Assembly (NCBI GenBank): GCA_951406725.2 | Contig: OX597815.1 | Location: 32,240,001-32,304,000 of the forward strand | Direction: 5' to 3' | DNA length: 64,000 bases | Source of the DNA: Octopus vulgaris | Lineage: Eukaryota | Part shown: positions 13,289 through 26,270 of the stretch, in pieces | How the letters are laid out: each line of letters begins with the position of its first letter | Numbering within the stretch: position 1 is the first letter of the stretch | Notes under the pieces: generated by a model | What the model saw: the letters and a program-made list of their open reading frames with translations, nothing else | Databases searched by the model: none | Told to the model about the DNA's origin: nothing | Position numbers and translations under genes: made by a program

Positions 13289-13937
13289 AATTGAAACAAT
13301 TGTTGGATTTTTAAGGTGTGATCTAAAATAAAGAAATTATTTTCTTCGTGCATATTATTGATTGTTGTTAATTCTCTCAATTTCTTATAATTCTGCATTA
13401 GAATTGTTGGATTTATCTGTCATACGTGAGGATTTATATAAGATTTGCATTCTACATACATTTACTGGTATCTTCATATTGGAAATTTAAATTTTATTCC
13501 TTTATACTGAGTATTGATATCAGCCAAGATGCTTTAATCCCATTTTTTCTTCTGTACATGATATATGCGCGCGCGCGCGTGTGTGTATGTATGTATGTAT
13601 GTATGTATGTATGTATGTATGTATGTATGTATTGTTCATTTGGTGTAAACGGATTTGATGTATCTGATTTTTCTAGCTGAAAAGTCGATATCTTAAAATG
13701 GAATCATAGAATTACTACAAGTTTTATTTTTGCCATTCTAGATATTAGATATTTGTATAGAATTGTTTTCTGTGTCTTCTTTTTAATTCCTTAATATTCT
13801 TAATATGTGTCCATTACGCCAAGCAAGTATGTCAACGATACCTGGAATATTTCATATAGGTGTATATCTCGGTGCTATTTTATTTGCTATAGTGACCACG
13901 TAGAACTTCGCGATTGTTGGCACTGAAAACCTATAGC

Positions 13938-14000
<63 letters not shown>

Positions 14001-14141
14001 CAATTAAGATTCAAGTGAGTTCCAATGAATTCACATGAATGCGGTAATTAACTTAGATGCACCAGAAATCTATATGGTATTAACCATAAAATAATGTGAG
14101 GTGATTATAAACAAGAAAAAAGCAACAAGAATGGATTAGTT

Positions 14142-14232
14142 TTTCAGTACAATTGTTTCATACGAAGAACAGCTTTATTAAAAGCTGCAAATATTGCAGC
14201 AAATGCAAGTGTCCCGTACTCATCAGCCAAAA
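14142..14232 (-). ncRNA. Type-I hammerhead ribozyme motif, canonical core
   Basis: Minus strand: ttttgg-CTGATGA-gtacggg...ttcgtat-GAA-AC aatt GT-A-ctgaaa. Palindromic stem III and GUA cleavage triplet. Confidence 0.8.
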
Positions 14233-14486
14233 CACATATGAGTTCTCCAAACATCCTAGGGGGTGAGGCTACACTCATGAAGTATCGAAGAGAGTTCTAT
14301 AAAAAGCAAATTTAGATTGTAAGCAGACTTCTAAAGTTCTCTAATGATGCACAGTTTTATAAAAGGTTTTAAAAAAGCTTGTTAGCTTCACAGAAAAGGT
14401 AAATCCATCCATAATAATTTAACAAAGCTGTTCTTCGTATGAAACAATTGTACTGAAAAACTCATCCATTCTTGTTGCTTTTTTCT

Positions 14487-14558
<72 letters not shown>

Positions 14559-15117
14559 CATATCAAAGACAAATGGAAATTTATTAAAATTTACATTTCC
14601 AGTAGTCTAACCTGTAAAAAGATTTAGTCAAAAAGAATATATATTAGTCATACGATATAGTGTATATTTAAGCACATAAGGAATCCACTTATAGGGATTC
14701 TACACGCTAGAAAGAACAGCTAGGTTCTATAACCACAAAAATTTGGGGTAAAATTCGACAGGAATAAATTTGGAAATGAAAAACATTTACCATCTAGTTT
14801 CCTGGACCAATTGGTTTCTGATTTTCATTTAGAGAGTCAAGAACTCCCTAGGTTTGATCTCCTTCAGCAGTTCCAACCTAGGGTTAAACATATACACACG
14901 AGACAAATAAAACTACTCGTCTCGTGTTTATAGATACTAACTTTCAAATTTTACTGCGTAGTCGCAGTCCTTCGCTGGCCATAATAAAAACAATATATAT
15001 ATATATATATTGGACATTGCCGTACACTGATAATTTCTTTATGTTATCCGGTGCCATGAGTGATTTTAATGCTGGTTGTTTGTAGATATTATTTAATAAG
15101 GGAATGTCCCCAACCCC

Positions 15118-15595
15118 GTGAAGGCGCGTGGCTTCGTGGTTAGAGCATTCGGTTCACAATCGTAAAGTGGTGAGTTCGATTCCTGGCGGCGCGTGAGCAA
15201 GACACTTTATTTCACGGTGTTCCAGTTCACTCACCTGGAAATAGTGAGTAATACCTGTATAGTAACCCACGCCGTATCGCGGTTCACCTAAAATGCACTC
15301 AGTACATCGCGGATATATCTGGCTAATATACATTAAATTTATATCGCGGACTCCTCAGTATATCCGGGTTTCAGCAGCCGATAGGTATTTATATTTTTTT
15401 ATATTTTAATTATTTCTGTGTGAGGATTTGGAACGTAATACGCTCGATAGTCACGGGATTACTGTATTTCAAAGGGCCAGCCTTGTCACATTGTGTGTCA
15501 TACTGAATTTCCTTGAAAACTACGTTAAGGGTACGCATGTCTGTGGAATACTCGGATCAACAGGAGCACTCACCGTCGTAACTGATGGAGTGCTA
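15118..15595 (+). mobile_element. SINE family B-like copy interrupted by a MITE
   Basis: tRNA head at 15118. Body matches 5490-5670 on both sides of the insert at 15260-15464. Confidence 0.8.
15260..15464. mobile_element. Tc1/pogo-type MITE inserted at TA within a SINE
   Basis: Imperfect TIRs (t)agtaaccc / gggattactg flanked by TA. Splits the SINE sequence cctgta|tttcaaagggcc. Confidence 0.7.
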
Positions 15596-15833
15596 GTTTA
15601 ATGTTTCCTACTTGTTTTCTGAGAACTTTAGGAACTCTTTAAATGACCGTACACTGTTTTTCTCCGGTAAGTAGAATTACTAATTATTTAGCAATCCTAT
15701 ATACACGGCGAAAAGATCTGTTGTTGTCTCTGGCTCATTTCTATCGTATAATCTAGCGTGTACCTACTCCTGTGTGCGTGTGTGTGTGTGTGCATATATA
15801 TGTGTGCGTGTGTGTGTGTGCGTGTGTGTACGT

Positions 15834-15879
<46 letters not shown>

Positions 15880-15894
15880 AATATATATTTTCTA

Positions 15895-16415
<521 letters not shown>

Positions 16416-16470
16416 TTTGTGGTTAGTATATTTGTGTGGTGTGTAAATATTAAAAGTAATATCCATTTTT

Positions 16471-16542
16471 CCGCAAAGCATAGTTTCGATCTACAGAGCT
16501 CTAGGTTATTGACCCATCATGCGTCCACTGCGCCATTCTGCT
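16471..16542 (-). pseudogene. Initiator tRNA-Met pseudogene
   Basis: Reverse complement AGCAGAATGGCGCAGTGGACGCATGATGGGTCAATAACCTAGAGCTCTGTAGATCGAAACTATGCTTTGCGG aligns over 72 nt with eukaryotic tRNAi-Met, including the diagnostic GATCGAAAC T-loop. Anticodon CAT is changed to AAT and stems are broken. Confidence 0.8.
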
Positions 16543-17297
16543 CATAAAAAAAAAACAATATATGCATTCATAGATATTCATACATACAAACATACATACA
16601 TTCATATTTTTTACACAAAAATATATGTAAATGAATAACTAATTGAATTAACCACTTTATTCTCTTCACAATCATTATACATAAACATCGACCTCTATAC
16701 TCAACCGTTCCTTATTTTATCGATCTCGAAAAGATTAAAGGATCTCGGCGAAATTTGAACTCAGAACGTAAAGACGGGCGAAATGCGACTAAGCATTTAG
16801 CCCAACGTGCTTACGATTCTGAATATAACGTAAGGTAATGTTAACATAAAAATTTTAAGATGTATTCTTTGTAATTGTATAGAATTTATACTCCCGAAAA
16901 TATTCATAATCCAAGGAAACGAACCCAGATTTACTCATCAGAAGAATTACAGAGGGATTGCCCACACTAAGAGACCATCGGTGTTTATTACTACTTGATG
17001 TGGTTAGCCGGAACCTGGAATATACCTGAAAGTTATTACGGGACCCAACTAGTTAATTTATCTTTATATACTCATCTTATAAATGTGTGTGGAGGGGTTG
17101 AAAAGTTCCTGGCTTTAGGTAAATACAGGATGATCAGTTAATTATCATTTTATTCAACATATCCCCTTCTCAGATCCATACACTTATTGCAGCAATCCTT
17201 CGGTTTTTCTAAGCCCTATTAAAGAATTCGGAAGGTTGGGCCTCCAACCAGGCTTTTTGCGATACCCTTAAAGCCAGGAACTTTTCAATAACCCCTC

Positions 17298-17369
<72 letters not shown>

Positions 17370-17604
17370 GTCAGTGCATAGACAAATGCTGTTTTGCGGA
17401 TCTGGCTCTCTATATATAGACAAATGCTGTTTGCGGATCTAAGGCTCTCTGACATACATATGTCAGTGCATAGACAAATGCTGTTTTGCGGATCTAAGGC
17501 TCTCTGACTCTCATTTCTAGCAAGGTAGGTGCTACCCTGCACTTTCAGTCACAATTGAATTTTTCCATTTGGTTTTATATTGTGTATAGCCGCCTTCGTT
17601 GTTT

Positions 17605-17674
<70 letters not shown>

Positions 17675-17703
17675 TAGATATATATAGATATAAATGTATA
17701 TAG

Positions 17704-17791
<88 letters not shown>

Positions 17792-19505
17792 CATAAATAT
17801 ATGTACACGCACATACGCGCGCGCACGCACACACACACACAAACACACATATTTATATATATTTCTCTTGAAAACAACAACAAATCTCATCTAAGATTCT
17901 TTTCTTCAAACGTCTTGGCTAGTCCTGGTCGATTAGAACTTTTTTTTTCTTTTCCACTGATTCATTTTTTTTCTACTTCTGATTTTTTTCCTCTTGTACT
18001 CCTCTTCATTATATACGTTATTTTTCCTCTTCTTCCTTCTCCGTTCCTACTGCAATCTATCTATCATTTTATGTTTATTTTGTTTTCGTCTTTATTTTGT
18101 TTATTTTATTTCATTTTATTTACATGTTTACATTTACTTTAACGATCATGTGATGTATCCTGAGCTGCGGGCAAGTATCAACCAATCGATGTTCAATATT
18201 TGTTTTGATTGGTGCATATGGTTGCCATTAAATATTCTTCCAATGGTCTGTTTACTTCATTTCTGCTGTATAACGATTTAAGAAGTTTTCAGCTTTCAAC
18301 TAAAATCTGATGTTTCACTATGCTTTTAGTAATTAATACACTGTTCAATCTTTCTTGTTCGTATCTATGCCATTCTATGCAACGAACACACACACACATA
18401 TCGCCATTAGTGTATCACACTAAATGCATATACACCGTTAAAAGGCATGATGCAGTCTAATTATCTGAGGTTAAATCTTCGGATAGAACTGTGTTACAAA
18501 CACAATATATCATCAGGTCGAGACAAAAATTGTCCGCTGCTGTGACTCATGAGAACGGCAGACGTGTTTCATGTTTCTGGAGGCTTTTCAACGCCAGGCA
18601 CCCGATTGTCGCCTGCTTAAATGAAATTTGCGCCTCGATGTATAGAAAACAATGGATTAAATATTCACTGATGTTGCGGAAGCTTGCCGGGCTGAAGAAA
18701 AACTCGGCGTACGCAACTGAAATACCACTAAATTAATATCACACACACGCGCGCGCGCACGTACGCACGCATGTATATTTGGACTGAAAGCTTAAGAGGA
18801 GCGCAATTAAATGTCACATGGCATTTTAACGGCGCTCGACCGATTTTGTTACGAAATAGTAAAGCATACGACAATGTGACAAATATTCTTGTCGGAATTG
18901 GTTTGGGGAACATAAATCGTGGTATGCAGTCACTGAGTCTAGAATGGAAACGAACATAATGGAGAATTTGATACAAAACAAAATGAACAAACAGAAAATA
19001 AATATTCATGTTTCATACTGAGAAAGAGCAATAATTATTCGGTAACACAATATCTACATTTATTTTATAAATAATAACATGTTTAGAAATCAATATATGA
19101 AAATAATACAGAAATCTGCTATCAACAAGCTTTTTTTCTGGGTTTTTTTAAATCAAATTAAGTCTTTTCGAAATAATAAATTATTATAGTTCTGCTTTTT
19201 CAATATATTCAAACCGGGGACACGCTCTTTTTGAATTCACTCATTTTTATGTTAAATTTTATATTTCATTTTTTACTGGTCATGCTGGGGCCCTGCCTTG
19301 AATTTCTACTAGTCATGCTAGAGCACTGCCTTGAATCACTAATGTGTATACAAGTAATTTATTTAGGCAGCAGTAATTTATTTAACAGTTGCTGCTGCTC
19401 AAATAAATTATTTGTATACATACATTAGCGATTCGCTAAATCACCCATGGATTTCTATGGCGTAGACATATATGCTGAGAGTGATCGTCGTCCGGATTCA
19501 GTCAA

Positions 19506-19576
19506 GTCGGGCTGATCCCATTGAAGAGGCTACGGCGAAAGCTGAAACTGACCGATCGGTCAGGGAATATCCCGAC
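19506..19576 (+). ncRNA. Type-I hammerhead motif with extended stem I (C3U)
   Basis: gtcggg ctga tccc a-TTGAAGA-ggct acggcgaa agct-GAA-AC tgaccgatcg GT-C-a ggga atat cccgac. Confidence 0.65.
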
Positions 19577-20259
19577 CGCTGCATGTATGTATATAATTAT
19601 GTACTTTTTGACTGCAGCATTAGAGCGTTTAGCTCTTATTTCTAGCAATGTAAGTGTTTATAATACCCTCAGTCACAATGATGGTTATAGTCCTTCTTGT
19701 TGGTACATATTTGCTTACTGCTGCCTAAATAAATTATATATATATACCCTAGGTATGGTAGATAGGTTCAGTAAAATTTAGATTGAGATGAATATGATAC
19801 TTAAGTTGAAGGCGCCAGAATTTAGTATGGTATTATTAATATAATTTAAAATAAGGTGATTATAATCAAAATAAGAAACAAGGATATCCAGAGGTAATGC
19901 AGTACGATCGTTTCATGTGACTCCATTTAATTGAACAAGGCAAACATTACATCAATTTAAAATGTAGAGCAATCTTCATATTTTTATGCAGCTGAAGATT
20001 GCTCAACATTTTAAATTGATGTAATGTTTGCGTTGCTACAATTTTTAGTTATTGTTAATGACAAGACGTAAACAGAATCACGGAATAGAAATGTTTTTAA
20101 AAGAAAACAATGGTATCTAATTATCAAACTATGAATAATCAACTAGCTAAAGATCATCATTAGTTACTTGAGGGAAAATAATGAAGATATTTTCATGAGA
20201 GTAGGAAATAGTGTTTACTTGCTGGTCGGTCAGTGAAGATGTGCCGAAAAACTGTCAGA

Positions 20260-20317
<58 letters not shown>

Positions 20318-20728
20318 GCGTGTGTGTGTGTGTGTTTTCCATTGGTAAGTAGTAACTCCTGAGTTGAATGTTTCGTTAGTTCTTACACAGTGTCAACTTT
20401 AATTCTAACCTGTGTGTCGGAATGACGTCCAATCCAAGGAAAGATTTCTTGAGAGACTAGATTTATAGACTGACACTATGGATCCGTTGTACGAAAATGA
20501 ATGATTTAAATGGAATAAATGCAACTCATAGATATAATTAAAATACGGGGTGAGTGTGCCATGCGGTGATAAGTAAAAATGCAAGGATAATACCAGTTCG
20601 AATATGGTAAAAGAATGTTCGGATATGTAAACAAACCATGCAGTGTTTTGTCATGGATAAAATTTCTCGCTGTAGACATTATGGTGTAGATACACCTAAA
20701 TCAGCTCACAGTGCCACCTATCCAGACA

Positions 20729-20772
20729 GTGAGATGCAAGCATTTCGAAGTAGTTATCTCTTCTTCAGTCAC
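20729..20772 (-). ncRNA. Type-I hammerhead motif, canonical core
   Basis: Minus strand: gtga-CTGAAGA-a gag ataactac ttc-GAA-ATGC tt GCAT-C-tcac. AUC triplet. Confidence 0.75.
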
Positions 20773-21383
20773 AGAAACCGGGCGATGGCGCTGCGAACCA
20801 GTGAGAGAGAGAGACAATCTCTTTTGTTTTCCCAATCGATAGACGTCGGCTGGTAGCGCAAATCGACGGTTCATCTTAATTAAATTATGGGGTGAGTGCG
20901 CTAAGCGGTTATAAGTAAAAATGCAACGTTAATACAAGTTCGAATATGCTAAGCAAGAAATTTTCTCCATGACAAAACACAGTGAATGGCTTGTTTACAA
21001 GTCCGAACGTGCTTTTAGCATATTCGAAGAGGTATTAACATTGCGTAGATATAATACACATTTAGAATGTTAATTGCGTGTGTATTAGTTTCGGTTTGGG
21101 CCGTAAATTTAGGACAAGCTTAAACTTAGTATGTGATTCATTTTATATCGATAATCTATACTTTTGTTAGACTCTATATAATATCTTCTAATAACATAAA
21201 ACGAGTGCTTCATACAATGTTAACAGCTGGTGGCCTAGTCCATTGTTGGTGGCCTAGTCCATTCTTTATTTTTGCTCTTTCGAATTTGTGCAGCAAGGCT
21301 GAGGATTTCTAAAGTCTTCCATTGAGTGGACATTTTAAATGTATTTTGCCCAGCCTTTCTATAGTATTTATATATTCTTTAAT

Positions 21384-22155
21384 AAGGCGGCGAGCTGGTA
21401 GAAACGTTAGCACGCCGGGCGAAATGCGTAGCCGTATTTCGTCTGCCGTTACGTTCTGAGTTCAAATTCCGCCGAGGTCGACTTTGCCTTTCGTCCTTTC
21501 AGAGTCGATAAATTAAGTACCAGTTACGCACTGGGGTCGATATAATCGACTCAATCCGTTTGTCTGTCTTTATTTGTCCTCTCTGTGTTTAGCCCTTTGT
21601 GGGTAGTAAAGAAATAGGTATTTCGTCTGCCGCTACGTTCTGAGTTCAAATTCCGCCGGGGTTGACTTTGCCTCTCATCCTTTCGGAGTCGAATAAATAA
21701 GTCCCAGTTACGCACTGGGGTCGATATAATCGACTTAATCCGTTTGTCTGTCCTTGTTTGTTCTCTCTGTGTTTAGCCGCTTGTAAGTAGTAAAGAAATA
21801 GGTAGTTCGTCTGCCGCTACGTTCTAAATTCAAATTCCGCCGAGGTCGACTTTGCCTTTCATCCTTTCGGGGTCGATTAAATAAGTACCAGTTACGCACT
21901 GGAGTTGATATAATCGACTTAATCCGTTTGTCCTCTCTGTGTTTAGCCCCTTGTGGGTAGTAAAGAAATAGGTATTTCGTCCGCCGCTGTGTTCTGAGTT
22001 CAAATTCCGCCGAGGTCGACTTTGCCTTTCATCCTTTCAGGGTCGATTAAATAAGTACCAGTTACGCACTGGAGTCGATATAATTGACTTAATCCGTTTG
22101 TCTGTCTTTATTTGTCCTCTCTGTGTTTAGCCGCTTGTAAGTAGTAAAGAAATAG
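21384..22155 (+). mobile_element. SINE family C with one head and four tandem body copies
   Basis: Head ggcggcgagctggtagaaacgttagc. Units start at 21434, 21618, 21802 and 21972. 20 bp TSD gtatttatatattctttaat at 21364-21383 and 22156-22175. Confidence 0.92.
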
Positions 22156-22775
22156 GTATTTATATATTCTTTAATGTGTTCTTTAAACAGTATCACTCCA
22201 AAATGCCAAAATTTCACTTATTAAAGACGAACAATTGTTTTCTGAGCCGGAATGATTAAGGCCACAACTTTTCAATGTGGTTGTTAGGTTGTCTTCATTT
22301 CGCTTCCGTTTGACTTCCTTGTAGTTTGTTTGTTTGTTTTTGTTTTTGTTTTGTTTGTTTTTAAGAACAGATCCTTCAGAATATTAAAGTAACTCATCTA
22401 CACTGAGTGAGATGCCTGTTTGATTTCGCATGCAACGGAGAAGTAGCCAGCTTACTCTATGCAAGACCTGTAGATTTGTGACTTTTCTCTCTAAGTTACG
22501 AGCTTGTTATAACAGGTTAGAATCTCCTTATTGATCATGTCAGCGATCAGTCATTTTAATGCTCAGATCTAAAGCAAGGTCCTCGAATTCTCTGTCAAAA
22601 TTACAATTGGCTTTTTTAGTTTGATTCTAATCTGGAGTGCATAGGATAAATAGTTTACAATACAACCTTAGATCGTGTATCAAGCTCATTATATACCGGT
22701 ATATTATGGTAGATCAATAGATTGATCTACCATAATGTTGATGATGACCCAGCTTTATTCACCGGCTTGCTCTCT

Positions 22776-22806
<31 letters not shown>

Positions 22807-23451
22807 TCCTCTTTCTCCTCTCTCTCTCTCTTCCCTCTCTCTCTCTCTTTATTTCTCTCTCCCTCTCTCACTCTTCTGAATGTTCTTTGGAGGTCAAGGT
22901 GGGCGGAGGTCAAGGTGGATGGAGGCCAAGTAAATATCAATATCTGCTCGCGAGTACAAACACCTAAGACAACGAAAGCGTGGTAGATACCAGCAATTTA
23001 TCCCCGATTCCCGATGATGGGACTCTAGTCATAGCAGCGATAACATGATGGCAGTGAAACATAGCAAAGAGTGGCTTTTAACCATTGTTGCAAATGTGGA
23101 TCGGTTTTCCTATAGTATATTCCTGAACTAATCGCCGCCACCATCACCATGATCCTCATTTTGAAAATAGTTTTACAAAGTTTCTTTGATGTTATTGTAG
23201 AACAAATTTTAATTTGAACTTTTAAATTCATCTCTTGAAATCAATTCACATTAAAGAATCGCTTCATTCGTACGTAAAGTATAACTGACATACGAGTACA
23301 ATGCTTTATGTTTCTCAGATCTGGGTATTGCTATCCACAGTCAGAAAAACAGTGTCATTATTATAGAGAGTAATTAAATGCAGTATAGCTAATTAAACTC
23401 GACGCTTTTAACAGCAAGCTCATTCTTTTTTTTATTTTATTTTTTTACATA

Positions 23452-23858
23452 TACTCTTTTACTCATTTACTTGTTTCAGTCCTTTGATTGCGGCCATGCT
23501 GGAGCACCGCCTTTAGTGGAGCAAATCGACCCCAGGACTTATTCTTTATAAGCCTAGTACTTATTCTATCGGTCTCTTTTGCCGAACCACTTATTTACGG
23601 GGACGTAAACACACCAGCATCGATTGTCAAGCGATGTAGGGGGGGACAAACACAGACACACAAACATACACACACATACATATATATATATGTACATATA
23701 TACGACGGGCTTGTTTCAGTTTCCATCTACCAAATCCACTCACAAGGCTTTGGTCGGCCCGAGGCTATAGTAGAAGACACTTGCCCTAGGTGCCACGCAG
23801 TGGGACTGAACCCGGAACCATGTGGTTGGTAAGAAATCTACTTACCACACAGTCACGC
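23452..23858 (-). mobile_element. SINE family A copy
   Basis: Aligns with 458-970. Confidence 0.9.
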
Positions 23859-24221
23859 TTACTAAATATGTATATATTTAGTCCAAAAACGACGTATAGC
23901 TAGACTAGGGAACTTGAACATTTATTTATAGGCAATGCCTGTGAGGAAAATGTGGGTACTGAAGGAACCAATTGGAGGAAGGAATGATTAAGCGAAATGT
24001 TTACAATGGGATCTGCGAGATTGAGACTGCAGAAATAACGATCACCGTTGTAAATCAATAACCAGGATGTGGATGATATTCACAAAGCTAAATTAGTCTT
24101 CGATGGTAACCCAACGATATATTTGGGATTGTAGAACATTTAAATTTTTCATTATATTTCAGAAAAAGGTGTTTTTTCATCACTTCATAAACATGTTTTT
24201 TGATCAAATTTATTTGTTCAG

Positions 24222-24383
24222 CAAACTCGAACCGATCTGATCAAAGATTTGAGGGAACTCCTAATAAGAGTGAAGTGACACCTTCTACACAAAATAGGTT
24301 TGGTTATAAAAAACCAGTCCCTTCACCTCGAATAACAAGGACTAAAAATGTCCCCAAAGAAACAACTGGAGATAAAAACGTAT
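24222..24383 (+). CDS. Coding exon of gene A
   Basis: tttatttgttcag|CA acceptor (phase 1) and T|gtaagt donor at 24384 (phase 1). Encodes (A)NSNRSDQRFEG...GDKNV. Both phases fit the neighbouring exons. Confidence 0.8.
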
Positions 24384-25677
24384 GTAAGTAATAATTCAAT
24401 ATTTTTGTATTGTTTTTGATCAGGGATCACCGGAAAATAATGTCATTTTTTTTTCTTCTAAAGAGAAGTAGGACCTTGTTTAGGAAATAGAATTATCATA
24501 AGTTCTCTGATGAAAAAAAAATCATCATTTTAACAATAATCTGGGCTTTTTCATTTGCAATGCCTATACCACAAGTCGAAAGCCTCTTGAATAAAAATAA
24601 ATCATTCAATTGATTTTGATAATCCCAGAATGTCTTAACAATAACATTTCCTTCCTTTAAAGGAATATTAGCTGAATGTAAACAAGTAGTTATCTGAAAG
24701 GATCGGATCAGGTGAATAGAAAAGATGATGTAATATCTCCTGAATCACAATTTCTTTACTTCTTTTGGATTATTTTGACAAACACTCCAGTTTTGTGGCA
24801 GTTTGCATTTTCTCCTCAGTAAAGTATTTTATTCACTTTATGTTCCTATAGAGTCTAGATGATGACTGTTATATACTACCTCCTTAAATAAATTTGCAAA
24901 TGTGTTAAAGTCAACAGAAATATTATATAAAATTAAGCACACAGCGGTCGTCCTCGATAATGAAGTGAAGAAACGATTAGCCAAATGTACAGGCAGGCAC
25001 ATGGATCCACTTCTGGCCCTAATATTTTTAGCGAAGAAGAATTAAGTTGCTAGGTGAATTTGTTTTAAGCTATTCTCATTGGAATCTGCTTCATAGACTT
25101 TATAATATATTGCTTCTTAGATTTCTTGATTATCGAAGTCAGTATTTCTTACCTGGAACTTATCAAAACACTATTGATATTACTGCGCATCTATACACAT
25201 TTTAATGAACATCAACATTGTTTCTGGAGAGAGAAAATAAAAAGAGTAATTTATTTTCTTATTGACGTCATGAAATTCCCTGAGCACGAAATGTCAAATA
25301 AGATATCAGACAATTTGTAGAAAATAAAGGATTCTTTTTAAAAGAAAACTAATGAATTAACTAAAAGGAAATTTATTTCACTTCTAGTAAAATTACAATG
25401 GCATTTTTAGCAGAGAACCAAATCTCTTCCAGCGAAAAAGGAAAAAAAGATATTATTTTCCGGTTATCTTAGCATTCTTTTTACTTGGCTTATGTATTTG
25501 GCTTCTTATTTTGAATTTAACAACTGAAAACAATAACTAAAATAAAGGCTTATATAATAAAGCTATTCAAGTTGCATAAGTTAATTTATCTTCTGTAAGG
25601 AAATTTAATAAAGAATTCTACATATATTACGGAGATATGCCATGATTAACATGTATTTTTGGAAAAATATACTTATG

Positions 25678-25995
25678 AATTCTGTTATGTCTGAGGAGAG
25701 TCATTTTCTTTTTGTGCCTTATAATGTAACACACTCACCGATAAAATTTCCACTTATTTCTTATTTTTATTTTCCTAAAATTTTCGTTGCGTCTTGCATC
25801 CTTTTCAATAGTCTTGACTCTGTCCGTTATTTACACTGCGTTCCCTTTTGTACGCATTGAAAATGTTACATGATGCAACGAAAATTTTAGGAAAATTTTT
25901 GGAAAATAAAAATAAGAAATGTGGAAATTTTACCGGTGAGTGTGTTACATTACAAGGCACAAAAAGAAAATTACTCTCCCCAGACACAACAGAAT
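25678..25995. repeat. Inverted repeat, ~130 bp arms
   Basis: 25678-25809 is the reverse complement of 25856-25995, with indels. Confidence 0.85.
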
Positions 25996-26270
25996 ATGCT
26001 TCAACACACGAACTCATATAAAGAATCTTGCAAACCAAATCCAAAAACGAAATACTTATGAATATATTTCTGATGAATCTCCATGAAAGCTTATATCTAT
26101 AAAACTTTCCATCGCTACTTACATATAATCCTAACCGATCCAATATCAAAAGATTAAAGTCTTTTCCTGTTGGTAGCTCCAGATATAATAATATAGCTAG
26201 CAACGAGTGAATACAATTATATCGGAATAAACGCGATCCTTCAATTGATTTTATGTTTTTCAACTTACAG

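Noticed and set aside
16891-16946. CTGATGA with a possible stem II on the minus strand
   Set aside because: The GAAA/stem III side is too degenerate (GAATATTTTC) to call.
20225-20260. GTGAAGA...GAAA...GTC hammerhead-like string; a similar weak one at ~51515-51570
   Set aside because: Core mismatches and no proper stem II or III, so it could be chance.
21434-22155. Regular repeat array superficially like CRISPR
   Set aside because: Units are complete SINE bodies without unique spacers, the context is eukaryotic, and there are no cas genes.
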